From: Candidatus Eiseniibacteriota bacterium
Lineage (GTDB): Bacteria > Eisenbacteria > RBG-16-71-46 > CAIMUX01 > VGJL01
Length of the DNA: 64,000 nucleotides
Assembly (NCBI GenBank): GCA_963792585.1
Contig: CAWBWI010000003.1
Location: 960,001-1,024,000, forward strand
Direction of reading: 5' to 3'
Part shown: one piece after another, positions 31,595 to 40,992 of the stretch
How positions within the stretch are numbered: the first letter of the stretch is position 1
Layout of the letters: each line of letters begins with the position of its first letter
Notes under the pieces: generated by a model
What the model was told of the DNA's origin: nothing
Databases searched by the model: none
The model's input: only the letters and a program-made list of their open reading frames with translations
Position numbers and translations under genes: made by a program

Positions 31595-33210
31595 GACGCC
31601 GCCTCCTTCTACTGCTGATCGCCCTGCTGGTCATCGCCGGTCATGCGCGGGCGAAGTCCTACTCGGCCGAGCTGTACACGAGCGAGCTTCGAATTCTCGA
31701 GGATGGAACGCTCGCCGTGACCGAGATCGTCCGCATGCGCTTCGAGCGCGGCGAGTTCACGCATCTCTGGCGGACCCTCCCCTTGCGAAGGTTGGATCGA
31801 ATCGACGGGATCGAAAGCCCCGACCCGATCCGTGTGCGGACGAATCGACAGCGGATCTCCATCCGATGGGAGTTTCCCGCGCTTCACGACACGGTTCGAA
31901 CGTTCGCGCTCTCGTACCGCGTCCACGGCGTGTTCGGGAACGCCAACGGTCGGCCGGTTCTGCGATGGGTCGCCTTCCCCCGGGAGCACGCCTACCGGAT
32001 CGATCGAGCGCGCGCCGTGCTGTCCTGGCCCTCTGGATGGCCCGCGCCGGAGCAACTGGAGGTGAGCGGCTCCGACCTGCGTCCGATGCGGAGCGCTAAC
32101 GGCGCGCTCTTCGAGATCGGTCCGCTCCGATCGGAGCGATCGGTCACGATCCAAGCGGTCCTTGCGCCCGGGACGATTGCGGTCGAGACCCCCGCCTGGC
32201 AAGTGCGTCGGCAGCGCTGGGACAAGCAGATGCGGATGATGCTCGCGATCGCCGGCGTCATCCTCGTCTTGGGCATCTTCGTGATCGTGCGGATGCGCAG
32301 CGCGGCGGTCGCGTCCGCCCCGAGTTCCGGCGACCTCACGTCGCGACCGGGCCCGCCGAGCGATCTGCCCGCCGTCCTCGCCGGCCCCGTGTGCGACGGC
32401 AGGGTCTGGCTCCGCCACGCCATCGCGGGGTTGATCGACCTCGGGGCCTGCGGCGTCCTGCGATTCGAGTCTCAGCCGCAGAAATCACGATGGTCGGGCA
32501 GGACCTTCCGGATCCGGCGTCTCGCCGATCCTGCGACCCTCGGAACCATCGAGCGCGCCGCGTTCGAGAGCGCCTTCCGGAAGGGTGACGTGGATGGGAC
32601 GGTCGACATGCGCAAGGCGTGGCCTGCGCTGATGCGGGACATGAAGGGCTTCGAGCGCCTCGTTCGCGCGGAACTGGAGGCGCGCGGCGAGTACGATCCC
32701 CACGTCGCGGAAGGGGGTCGGCGGATCGCCCGGTTCGGATACCTGCTGTTCGCGCTCTGCGCGGCGGCCGGGGTCCTGGTCGGCCTTGCATTCGACCGCC
32801 TCGGCCCGAGCGCGATCGCGGCGGTCGGGGTCCTGGCGATCCTGGGCGCGGTCGCCGTCGGCATCGGCATGACCCTGCCGCTGCAGAGCGCCTCGGGCCG
32901 CGCCCACGCCGCGGAGTGGAAGGGGTTCGCGCGGTATATGAGAGACGCGGCGAAGGGGTCGGTCCCGCTGGATGCGGAGCGGTTCCATCGATGGTTGCCG
33001 TATGCGACGAGTCTCGGCATCGCCGATGCGTGGCTCCGCGCAGGCAAGAAGTCGAAGATCGCCCCGCCACCGTGGCTCGAGGGTCTCGAAGGGGACAAAG
33101 ACGGAATGGCCGCGTGGCTGCCGGTATTCGGCGTGAGCACTTCGGGCCACGGAGGCATGGCGACCGGAGGCGGTGGAGCCGCCGGAGGAGGAGGAAGCGG
33201 TGCCGGGTGA
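31591..33210 (+). CDS. DUF2207-like membrane protein
   Basis: Signal peptide, DG.L.VTE, IDL...G, W.GF.RY, LPYA..LG, Gly-rich C-terminus. Confidence 0.8.
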   Translation: MRRRLLLLLIALLVIAGHARAKSYSAELYTSELRILEDGTLAVTEIVRMRFERGEFTHLWRTLPLRRLDRIDGIESPDPIRVRTNRQRISIRWEFPALHDTVRTFALSYRVHGVFGNANGRPVLRWVAFPREHAYRIDRARAVLSWPSGWPAPEQLEVSGSDLRPMRSANGALFEIGPLRSERSVTIQAVLAPGTIAVETPAWQVRRQRWDKQMRMMLAIAGVILVLGIFVIVRMRSAAVASAPSSGDLTSRPGPPSDLPAVLAGPVCDGRVWLRHAIAGLIDLGACGVLRFESQPQKSRWSGRTFRIRRLADPATLGTIERAAFESAFRKGDVDGTVDMRKAWPALMRDMKGFERLVRAELEARGEYDPHVAEGGRRIARFGYLLFALCAAAGVLVGLAFDRLGPSAIAAVGVLAILGAVAVGIGMTLPLQSASGRAHAAEWKGFARYMRDAAKGSVPLDAERFHRWLPYATSLGIADAWLRAGKKSKIAPPPWLEGLEGDKDGMAAWLPVFGVSTSGHGGMATGGGGAAGGGGSGAG

Positions 33211-33961
33211 TGATGTCTACGGATTGCTGGCCCCTGCCTACGAAATGCTCGCCTCGCCCGGACGGATCGCGGCGGAGATCGACGCCCTCGAAATCCCGCT
33301 GCGCGCCGTCGGGGCCGTGAGGATCCTGGATGCGGGATGCGCGGTGGGGTTTCACTCGAGCGAGCTGTCGAGGCGCGGCTTTCGCCCGACCGGGATCGAT
33401 CTCTCCCGCGCCATGATCCGCGAGGCGCGCGCGCGGGCGGCCACCGAGGGGCGTCCGATCCGTTTCCTGGTCAAGGACTTGAAAGAAGCCGACCGCGTGG
33501 CCGGCGGCGCCTTCGACGCTGTTCTGTGTCTGGGGAACACGATGGCATCGGTCCATACCGCCTCGGACAGACTCCGCGTCTTTCGCGCGTTCCACGGCGC
33601 TCTGCGAAGCGGCGGGTTGCTGGTCCTGCAGCTTCGCGACCTCTCCTCGGTTCCCAAGGAGGGATTCGTCTTTCCGACGCGCGGATTCCGGCGGGGACAG
33701 GAGGAGTGGATCCTCCTGCGACGCCAGGACCCGATCGGCGGGCGGATTCGGTTCACATCGACGCTGCTCTACCGCCCCCGCGCCGAGGTCCCCTGGGAGA
33801 CGCGGATTTCGGAATCGCTCGCCGAGATTCTGCCGATGACCGCATGGCGGACCGCGCTCGCGAAGGCGGGATTCGGCCGCGTCCGCCTGGCCGGTGATCT
33901 GCGCGGCACCCCGCGTCGCGGCCGCGCGCCGGATCTCGTCGTCTTCGCAAGGAGTCTCTAG
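33200..33961 (+). CDS. Class I SAM-dependent methyltransferase
   Basis: ILDAGCAVG, GIDLS..MI, FDAVLCLGN, L..GG. Confidence 0.85.
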   Translation: MPGDDVYGLLAPAYEMLASPGRIAAEIDALEIPLRAVGAVRILDAGCAVGFHSSELSRRGFRPTGIDLSRAMIREARARAATEGRPIRFLVKDLKEADRVAGGAFDAVLCLGNTMASVHTASDRLRVFRAFHGALRSGGLLVLQLRDLSSVPKEGFVFPTRGFRRGQEEWILLRRQDPIGGRIRFTSTLLYRPRAEVPWETRISESLAEILPMTAWRTALAKAGFGRVRLAGDLRGTPRRGRAPDLVVFARSL

Positions 33962-35332
33962 GTTGTGGTTCTTAGATTGGTGTTTGGACGCACTGCCGGC
34001 AGGGCGGTGCTCCGTGGTGTGGCACGCCCTTGGCCTCTCCTTCGCCTCGTGTCCAGACGACGTACATCCCTCCACCAGGTCCATGGGACCTGCCGCCCAC
34101 CCCATTGCCCCAACTCCGCCTGCAATTTCTACACACCCCGTCCCGATTGGCGCCCGGCCTACGACGGTTTCTTCCGTCGGCCTTCCGACGGGCGCCTCTT
34201 CCAACGCTTCCGATGCCCCCATTGCGGCCGCCGATTCTCGTCTCGAACCTTCGCCGCTGACTACTGGCTCAAACACAGGAGTCTCTTCTGCGACATCGCC
34301 CGACTTTCTGCCGAAGGACCCGGTCTCCGTCAGATCGCGCGTCTCCTCGGCGTCTCCCACACGACCGTCCTGCGCCACATCGCCCGTGCCGGCCGCCACT
34401 GCATGCTCTTCCACCGTCAGATGCTGGTCGAGTACCGGACCGCAGAGCCCATCGTCATCGACGGATTCGAGTCCTTCGAGTTCTCCCAGTACTTTCCCTT
34501 TCACATCAACCTCGCCGTCGATGCCCGGAGTTGGTTCATCTTCCACTTCACCGACAGCCCTTTGCGACGCAAGGGGACCATGAGACCCGAGCAACGGCTT
34601 CGCAGGGAGCATCTGGAAGCCCAACTGGGCCGCCCCGATCCCAAGGCGGTCGAGAAAGGCGTCTTCGACCTACTCCGGTCCGTTCTGGAGGATCCATCCT
34701 CGAGGAGCGACCGGGAGCAACTCATCCACAGCGATGACCATCCCGCCTATCGCCGCGCGCTCCTTCGCCTCCGCAGACTTCCGGAGTTCCCACAAGTGCG
34801 GCATCAGATCACTCCGTCGACCGAGCGTCGAACCACGCGCAATCCGCTCTTCCCCGTCAACCTGACCGACCTGCTCCTTCGACATGGTCAGGCCAACCAC
34901 CGCCGGGAGACCATCGCATTCAGCAAGCGGCGGCAGGCGGCGATCGAGCGGCTGGCGATTTTCACGGTGTGGCGCAATGCCATCAAGAGCCGGAGAGAGA
35001 AGGCACCGGGGGAGACCGCTGCCATGGCCGTTGGGATCCTATCGAGGCCTTTGGGGTGGGCAGAGATCTTTGCGGATCGGACATTCCCCAGGAAAGAAGT
35101 CCTACCCGGGCCCTGGTGGTCCTACTACTGGAGGCGGGTCCGAACGGTGGCGCTGGGTCCAAGCCAAAGGGGACACCAGCTCAAGTACGCATTCTGAGAA
35201 GAACTGGAGTGGTTCGGCACGGGCGAAGCCGGACCACTCTCCGCTCAACTTCCTGTCACGGTCGTTTCCGCAAGAGCCGAAGGGGTGGCCGTTGCTTCGT
35301 CAGCTGCATCCACCAATCTCCGCACCACAACC
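33961..35332 (+). mobile_element. IS1-like insertion sequence, 1372 bp, with 22-bp terminal inverted repeats
   Basis: IRL 33961-33982 GGTTGTGGTTCTTAGATTGGTG; IRR 35311-35332 reverse complement GGTTGTGGTGCGGAGATTGGTG (19/22 match); single transposase inside; no target duplication visible. Confidence 0.85.
33965..35197 (+). CDS. IS1-like single-ORF transposase (Zn ribbon, HTH, RNaseH-like core); true start probably somewhat downstream
   Basis: HCPNSAC...RFRCPHCGRRF, GLRQIARLLGVSHTTV, IDGFE, HSDDHPAY, RRETIAFSKR. Confidence 0.8.
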   Translation: MVLRLVFGRTAGRAVLRGVARPWPLLRLVSRRRTSLHQVHGTCRPPHCPNSACNFYTPRPDWRPAYDGFFRRPSDGRLFQRFRCPHCGRRFSSRTFAADYWLKHRSLFCDIARLSAEGPGLRQIARLLGVSHTTVLRHIARAGRHCMLFHRQMLVEYRTAEPIVIDGFESFEFSQYFPFHINLAVDARSWFIFHFTDSPLRRKGTMRPEQRLRREHLEAQLGRPDPKAVEKGVFDLLRSVLEDPSSRSDREQLIHSDDHPAYRRALLRLRRLPEFPQVRHQITPSTERRTTRNPLFPVNLTDLLLRHGQANHRRETIAFSKRRQAAIERLAIFTVWRNAIKSRREKAPGETAAMAVGILSRPLGWAEIFADRTFPRKEVLPGPWWSYYWRRVRTVALGPSQRGHQLKYAF

Positions 35333-35403
35333 TTCCCCCTACACGGGACACGCCCCGGGTGATAAAGTGCGGGGCACTTCCCGGAACAACCATGGGGGAC
35401 TGC

Positions 35404-37257
35404 ATGGCTGGCATCTGTGGACAGATCACGCTCGAACCACGCCCAATCGACGAGGCGGTCTTGAATGGGGTGGTGGCCCGGATGGGTCACCGCGGGACCC
35501 AGGTCAAGCGCCTCCAGCGACCGGCAATCTGGTTCGCCTCCATCGATACCGTTTCTCCCCTGATCTGGCCCCCGGACGGCCGGGAGTTGCCGAGCGAGTT
35601 CTCGGTCGTCATGGATGGTGTCATCGACAACGTCCGCGATCTCGTCCGCGACCTCGAGCGCGAGGGGCACGCCACCGCGCACGATCCCGCTGCGGTCCTT
35701 TCGGCGGGATTCCGCGCCCATGGAAGCGCGTTCCTCTCCCGCGTGCGCGGCGCCTTCGCCGCGGCGATCCACGATCACGACACCGAGACGACGTGGCTCG
35801 TGCGCGACCCGATCGGGGCGCACCCGCTCTACCTGCACCGGACCCGCTCGCGCGTCCTCTTCGCCACGGAACTTCGCCCGCTCCTCGCGGATCCGGCGGT
35901 GCGGCTCGATCTCGATCCCGCCCAGTTGCGGGTCTACCTCTCGCTGGGCTTCAACCCGGCTCCCCAGACACTTCTGAAAGGGATCCACAAGATGCCTCCG
36001 GGCAATCTCCTGGAGGTCAAGCGGGACACGATCAAGGTCGTCTTCTATGACCGTCCCTCGACGGACACGGAACTCGATCTCGATTTTGCGACCGCGATCG
36101 ATTCCTATCGCGCGACACTGCACCGCGTGGTCCGGCGTTGCGACGACGGCGACCCCCTCGGCATCCTCCTGAGCGGTGGCGCGGACAGCTCCGCGCTGCT
36201 TCTGCTGCGGACGCGCGAAGGGCGGCCCGCGTCGTCCTTCACCATCGGCTTCAGCGACGCACCGAGTGACGAGGACGAGAGGGGCGCCGCGTGGCACGCG
36301 GCCCGCCACCTCGGTTCGATGCACCGCGAGAAGGTCCTCGAGAGCGCCGAGATCGGATCTCTCTTCAGCGCGGTCGCGCGCGTCGTCGAGGAACCCGTGG
36401 CGGGGGGATGGATGCCCCCGTTCCTTCGCCTCGTCGAGTCGGCGGCCGGCCAGGTTCCCCTTCTCTGGTCGGGACAGGGAACCGGCCCGCTGCACGGCGA
36501 GGAGCCGAGCTGGCGCTGGCTCCAGCTGGGTGAATCGATGTCCGAGCTGCCGAACTTCGTCGGGAAGTTCGTCGGGGGCGTCGCGCGTCATCTTGGGGGA
36601 CTGGGGCCGGCGATGGAGGGTTCGCGCATCCTCGCGGTGCCCGAGGAGCGGGAACGCATCCTGTCGTCCTTCTACATATTCGACGACGCGACCCTCGCGC
36701 AGCTCCTGCGGGCGGGCCACATGGGCGACCCGGAGCTCGCCCGCAAGCAACTCGAGCGCTGGCGCGAGCCGGTCGCGGACCGGGATCTTCTCGCTCAGGC
36801 ACTCTACATCCGCACACGGACCTATCTCCCCGAGGCCGTCCTCACGCCCGCCACGCGCATGGCGGCCGAATCGCGCCTCGGGATTCGCTACCCTTACGCC
36901 GACGCGGAACTGGTGCACTGGCTCGAACGACTTCCTGCCATCTACCGCCTCGATGGCGGGCAGGGCAAGCGGCTGCACCGCGAGGCGCTGGCTGCATGGG
37001 TGCCGGCCGCCGTCATCACCGCGCACAAGCGCTCGTTGACCGACCCGGTCGCCCGCTGGCTCCGCGGACCCGGCAAGGAGCGTGCGTCCGACTGGCTTCT
37101 CGGCCCGAACTCCTGGATGCCCTCGGTTCTCGACGGCGTCCGCGTACGGCGGGTGATCGAGGAGTCGTGCCGCGGCCGCGCAAACGTAATCCCGCTCGTC
37201 CTGTTGCTTCACCTGGAACTCTGGGCCCGCGAGACCCTGCTTGGGGGACAACGGTGA
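35404..37257 (+). CDS. Asparagine synthetase B-like protein, degenerate
   Basis: GICG, HRG, RDPIG..PLY, LLSGGADSS, SFTIGF, RYPY.D; lacks the N-terminal catalytic Cys. Confidence 0.8.
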   Translation: MAGICGQITLEPRPIDEAVLNGVVARMGHRGTQVKRLQRPAIWFASIDTVSPLIWPPDGRELPSEFSVVMDGVIDNVRDLVRDLEREGHATAHDPAAVLSAGFRAHGSAFLSRVRGAFAAAIHDHDTETTWLVRDPIGAHPLYLHRTRSRVLFATELRPLLADPAVRLDLDPAQLRVYLSLGFNPAPQTLLKGIHKMPPGNLLEVKRDTIKVVFYDRPSTDTELDLDFATAIDSYRATLHRVVRRCDDGDPLGILLSGGADSSALLLLRTREGRPASSFTIGFSDAPSDEDERGAAWHAARHLGSMHREKVLESAEIGSLFSAVARVVEEPVAGGWMPPFLRLVESAAGQVPLLWSGQGTGPLHGEEPSWRWLQLGESMSELPNFVGKFVGGVARHLGGLGPAMEGSRILAVPEERERILSSFYIFDDATLAQLLRAGHMGDPELARKQLERWREPVADRDLLAQALYIRTRTYLPEAVLTPATRMAAESRLGIRYPYADAELVHWLERLPAIYRLDGGQGKRLHREALAAWVPAAVITAHKRSLTDPVARWLRGPGKERASDWLLGPNSWMPSVLDGVRVRRVIEESCRGRANVIPLVLLLHLELWARETLLGGQR

Positions 37258-38507
37258 TGCACGCGGGGGCGCTTTTCCTCGCCCTCGCGCTCGCGCAGCC
37301 TCCCGCATCCCTCCAGCAACGGATCGACGCTGCCGCGGAAGGCGACACGCTGCGCATCGCGCCCGGAGTCTACGAAGCGATGCCCGAGCCTTTCGTCGAT
37401 CCGCTGTGCGGCAACTGCCTCGAGCACGCCACCCCGGTCGATGCATCGACGGGTTTTCGGGTGATCGGCAAGCGGCTCGTCTTGATCGGCTCGGGGCCGA
37501 CCGCCACAACCCTGATTACCCGCGCTGGCTATGGCGTCTATCTCGAAGATGCGGATGGGACGATCATTCGCGACCTCGCCGTGACCGGCGGACGTCGCGA
37601 CCGCGACGGGAATGCGACCGACGCGGCGGTCGTCGTGCGCGGCGGGGACGTCCGCCTGGAGAATCTCCATCTGAGGGACAACGATGACCGGGCGCCCGAC
37701 GTCATCGTCGGGATCGCAGGCGTCGCGGGCCGCGAAGGGGCCGAGATCGAGATCCGCGGCTGCCGGATCGTGAACAACGGTTGGGACGGGATCGCCCTCT
37801 ACCGCGGCGCCGTGGCGCTCATATGCGATAACGCGATCGAAAGAGGGCGCGGCGCGGGGATCGGCGTCACCTGGGATGCGACCGCCCTCATCGTGCGCAA
37901 TCGCGTCTCCGGCTACTGGAAAGGGATCGGGACCTTCGGCGTCTCGCGCGCGGTCGTGCGCAACAACGCGGTCTTCGACAACCTCGGGTGGGGCGTGATC
38001 GCAACCGGGCACTCGTACCTCGAGGCGAGCAACAACGTGATCGTGCGCAACGGCAACTGCGGCTTCGCCGTCTGGAGCGAGGAGTGCCGCGGAATCGCCG
38101 TCAACAATGTCGTCGCGGACAACGGGTGGCGCCGCGAGTGGGTCTGCCCGCGCGTCGGCGTCTGGCACAACGGAAGCCAGGAGGACTTCCCGATCCTCTT
38201 CAACGATCTCGCCGGAAACGTTCTGGGCGCCTGGCGATCGGAACTCGCCGAACCCCGCCCCGCTGCGAACCTCGAAGCCGATCCCCGCTTCCTCGGGCCC
38301 GAGGACTTTCGCCCCGCTCCCGCGAGTCCTCTCATCGACGCGGGCGATTCGACACGCACCGATCGGGACGGCTCGCGATCCGACATCGGCCTGACGGGGG
38401 GAGCGAGCGCCGGCCCCGCGTTCGGATCGCCTCCGCCGCGGATCGAAACCGAGGCTCTGCGTGTCGGATCCCGCCGTTGGACGCGGGGGCAGCTGCCGAT
38501 CCGATAG
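37257..38507 (+). CDS. Secreted right-handed parallel beta-helix protein
   Basis: LQQRIDAA..GDTLRIAPGVY, repeated I.NN.I..N, DPRF...DF.P...SP.IDAGD..D.DGSRSDIG. Confidence 0.82.
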   Translation: MHAGALFLALALAQPPASLQQRIDAAAEGDTLRIAPGVYEAMPEPFVDPLCGNCLEHATPVDASTGFRVIGKRLVLIGSGPTATTLITRAGYGVYLEDADGTIIRDLAVTGGRRDRDGNATDAAVVVRGGDVRLENLHLRDNDDRAPDVIVGIAGVAGREGAEIEIRGCRIVNNGWDGIALYRGAVALICDNAIERGRGAGIGVTWDATALIVRNRVSGYWKGIGTFGVSRAVVRNNAVFDNLGWGVIATGHSYLEASNNVIVRNGNCGFAVWSEECRGIAVNNVVADNGWRREWVCPRVGVWHNGSQEDFPILFNDLAGNVLGAWRSELAEPRPAANLEADPRFLGPEDFRPAPASPLIDAGDSTRTDRDGSRSDIGLTGGASAGPAFGSPPPRIETEALRVGSRRWTRGQLPIR

Positions 38508-38581
38508 ACCGCCCTTTCCTGTGGGGAGTCCCGGCTCCGGCGAGGGGTCCGTCCATCCGACTCCTCCGTGCCGCAACGGCC

Positions 38582-38716
38582 GCACAGGCAGCTCCAGCAG
38601 CTCCGGCCGCTCCGGCCGCCGCGGCCGCGGCGGTCGGTCCGGTCGCTCCGGCAGCTCCGGCCGCTCCGGTCACTCCGGTCACTCCGGTCACTGAGGTCGC
38701 TCAGGTCGCTCCAGCC
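38582..38716. repeat. Degenerate 9-bp tandem repeat, 15 units, consensus GCTCCGGYC
   Basis: gcacaggca gctccagca gctccggcc gctccggcc ... actccggtc actccggtc actgaggtc gctcaggtc gctccagcc. Confidence 0.85.
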
Positions 38717-38799
38717 TTCACCCGACCGGCGGACTCCTGTATCATCATATGATCTGTCGATCGATACAGCCCGATCCCGGTCCGCACGGAGGAACGCTC

Positions 38800-40884
38800 A
38801 TGGTTCGAATCCTGAAGTACGCGTCGCCCTTGATGTTGGGGACGGCGATCGTCGCGATCGCTTGGGGACCCGTACTTGCCCAAGGTGACGACGCCGCGCG
38901 TCCGGACTCCGCCGACTACCTCCTCGAAGAGGTTGTGATCGAGGCCGCCCGCCCGATCACGACCGTCGGGGGCGCGAGCGGGATCAAGGTCCAGGTGGAG
39001 TCCCTGCACCTTCCTGCGGCCCCCACCCTCGATCAGGCCCTGCGCGATCTTCCGCTGCTCCACGTCCGGACCAATTCCCGCGGCGAATCGGAGATCTCGG
39101 CCCGCGGATCCGAGTCGAGACAGGTGGCGGTGCTCGTGGACGGGGTGCCCATCACGCTCGCCTGGGATGCGCGCGCGGATGTCTCCGTCATCCCGGCGAC
39201 GGCCTCGAAGGAGATCGTGTATCTCCGAGGTCTCTCGTCGATGCTCTATGGTCCGAACGTGCTGGGCGGGATCATCGAGACGAGCGTCGGCCGCACGATG
39301 GACCAGCCACACCGCAGGTCGTTCCAGGCGACCAGCGGTACGGACGACATCGGCTCCTTCGGCGGCACGTTGACCGGCGAGATCCCGTTCGAGCGGCTCG
39401 GCGGAGAGGGTTTCCTTCGCGGCGGCATCGGTTATCGGAACACTCCGGGGCAGCCTCTTGCGAAGAAGGTCATCGAACCCCATCCCGCGGACGATGATCT
39501 CCGACTCAACACCGACGCGCAAAACGTCGACGGATTCTTGGCCGTGCGCCACCGCACGCAGGGTGGGGCCTGGGTATCGCTCTCCGGCTCGACCTTCCGC
39601 GAGGATCGCGGGATCGCCGCGGAGTTGGGAGTTGCCGATGAGGACGCCCGCCTCTGGCGCTATCCGCACGTCTCGCGTTCCCTTGCGGTCGCGTCGCTGG
39701 GCACGGGGGATCGTCCCTCGCCGTTCGGTGGGCGGGGAGATCTCGAGGCGAGCTTCGGCTACGACAACGGCCGAACGGAGATCGACAGCTATACATCTCG
39801 AACGTACGAGGAGCGGAACAGCTTCGAGCACGGCAAGGACCGAACCCTGACCCTCCGGCTGCTCGGAGACCAGTCGATCGGCCGGAGGGGCGATCTTCGC
39901 GGGGCATTCACCCTCTCGAATATCCGGCACGAGGAGACCTTGGGAACGATCGACGAGAGCGGGACGACCACGACGGACGCGACCTACCGCCAACGTCTCT
40001 GGAGCGCCGGCGGCGAGACCGATTGGAAGCTGATCGAGCCGGGAACGGGCGGGACCAGCCTGACCGCAAACGTGGGCGGCGCCTATGACGTCGGGGAAAC
40101 CCCCGAGTCCGGGGGCCGGGAGCCGCGCCAGGGGCGACTCTCCGAAGTCGGAGGGCGCGCCGGCCTCTCGCTCGGGCTCTCCAACGGTCGAACCGTTCTG
40201 CACGCGGGGGTGAGCCGGAGAGGTCGTTTCCCCGCACTTCGGGAGCTCTACTCGGGAGCGCTGAATCGTTTTGCGCCCAACCCCGATCTGAAGCCCGAGA
40301 GACTCACCGCCGCGGAAGCCGGCGTGACGAGGCGGATCGCAAGGGGCAGGGTCCAGCTCGTCGGATTCCGCCACCTGCTGAAGGACGCGGTCGTCCGGAT
40401 CACACTGGAGGACCGCCGGTTCATGCGGGTCAACCGCAACGAGCTGAAGAGCACCGGTCTGGAACTGCTGGCTTCGCAGAATCTCGGATCGGCATCGTTT
40501 TCGGGGGATCTCACCGTTCAGGACGTGAAGCTGACCGATACCGAAGCCGCGGAGACGCACAAGCCCGAGAACCTGCCCGAAGTTTTCGGGAGCCTGGCGG
40601 CTCGGTTCCCGCTGCTTCTGGGAGCGGAGGGCGGTGCCCGTCTGGACTATACGGGCCGTCAATCCGCGATCGATCCCGGCACGGGCGATGACGTCGAGCT
40701 CGACAGCGGGACCCTCCTGGGCGGGTACGTCACGCGTGTCTGGTCGCTCCGGCGGACAGGCGGGGCCTTCTCGAATCTCGAGACCAGCCTCTCGATCGAC
40801 AACGCGACCGATGTCGCCGTCTATGATGCGGCAGGACTCCCGGCGCCCGGTCGGCGGTTCCGGTTCGAGTTGCGTCTCTTCTAG
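38800..40884 (+). CDS. TonB-dependent receptor
   Basis: Signal peptide, LEEVVIEA TonB-box-like, VLVDGVP, YGPNVLGGII, NPDLKPE, PGRRFRFELRLF. Confidence 0.92.
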   Translation: MVRILKYASPLMLGTAIVAIAWGPVLAQGDDAARPDSADYLLEEVVIEAARPITTVGGASGIKVQVESLHLPAAPTLDQALRDLPLLHVRTNSRGESEISARGSESRQVAVLVDGVPITLAWDARADVSVIPATASKEIVYLRGLSSMLYGPNVLGGIIETSVGRTMDQPHRRSFQATSGTDDIGSFGGTLTGEIPFERLGGEGFLRGGIGYRNTPGQPLAKKVIEPHPADDDLRLNTDAQNVDGFLAVRHRTQGGAWVSLSGSTFREDRGIAAELGVADEDARLWRYPHVSRSLAVASLGTGDRPSPFGGRGDLEASFGYDNGRTEIDSYTSRTYEERNSFEHGKDRTLTLRLLGDQSIGRRGDLRGAFTLSNIRHEETLGTIDESGTTTTDATYRQRLWSAGGETDWKLIEPGTGGTSLTANVGGAYDVGETPESGGREPRQGRLSEVGGRAGLSLGLSNGRTVLHAGVSRRGRFPALRELYSGALNRFAPNPDLKPERLTAAEAGVTRRIARGRVQLVGFRHLLKDAVVRITLEDRRFMRVNRNELKSTGLELLASQNLGSASFSGDLTVQDVKLTDTEAAETHKPENLPEVFGSLAARFPLLLGAEGGARLDYTGRQSAIDPGTGDDVELDSGTLLGGYVTRVWSLRRTGGAFSNLETSLSIDNATDVAVYDAAGLPAPGRRFRFELRLF

Positions 40885-40934
40885 GCCCGAACGATCCCGA
40901 AGTCTCTCGGCTATCGGTAGGTTCTCAGCCATGC

Positions 40935-40968
40935 GAACGGCCCGGCGGATCTGTCCGCCGGGCCGTTC
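40935..40968. terminator. Perfect 15-bp stem hairpin between convergent genes
   Basis: GAACGGCCCGGCGGA-TCTG-TCCGCCGGGCCGTTC. Confidence 0.65.
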
Positions 40969-40992
40969 CGCGTCCGTCGACGTAGGGTAGGA

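Noticed and set aside
35404..37257. Lasso peptide cyclase
   Set aside because: No precursor, RRE or transglutaminase-like peptidase nearby.
32336..40932. Long antisense ORFs (32336-34624, 35245-37509, 38701-40932; similarly 8803-10725 and 47990-50461)
   Set aside because: Shadow ORFs opposite well-supported genes in GC-rich DNA, with no recognisable motifs.
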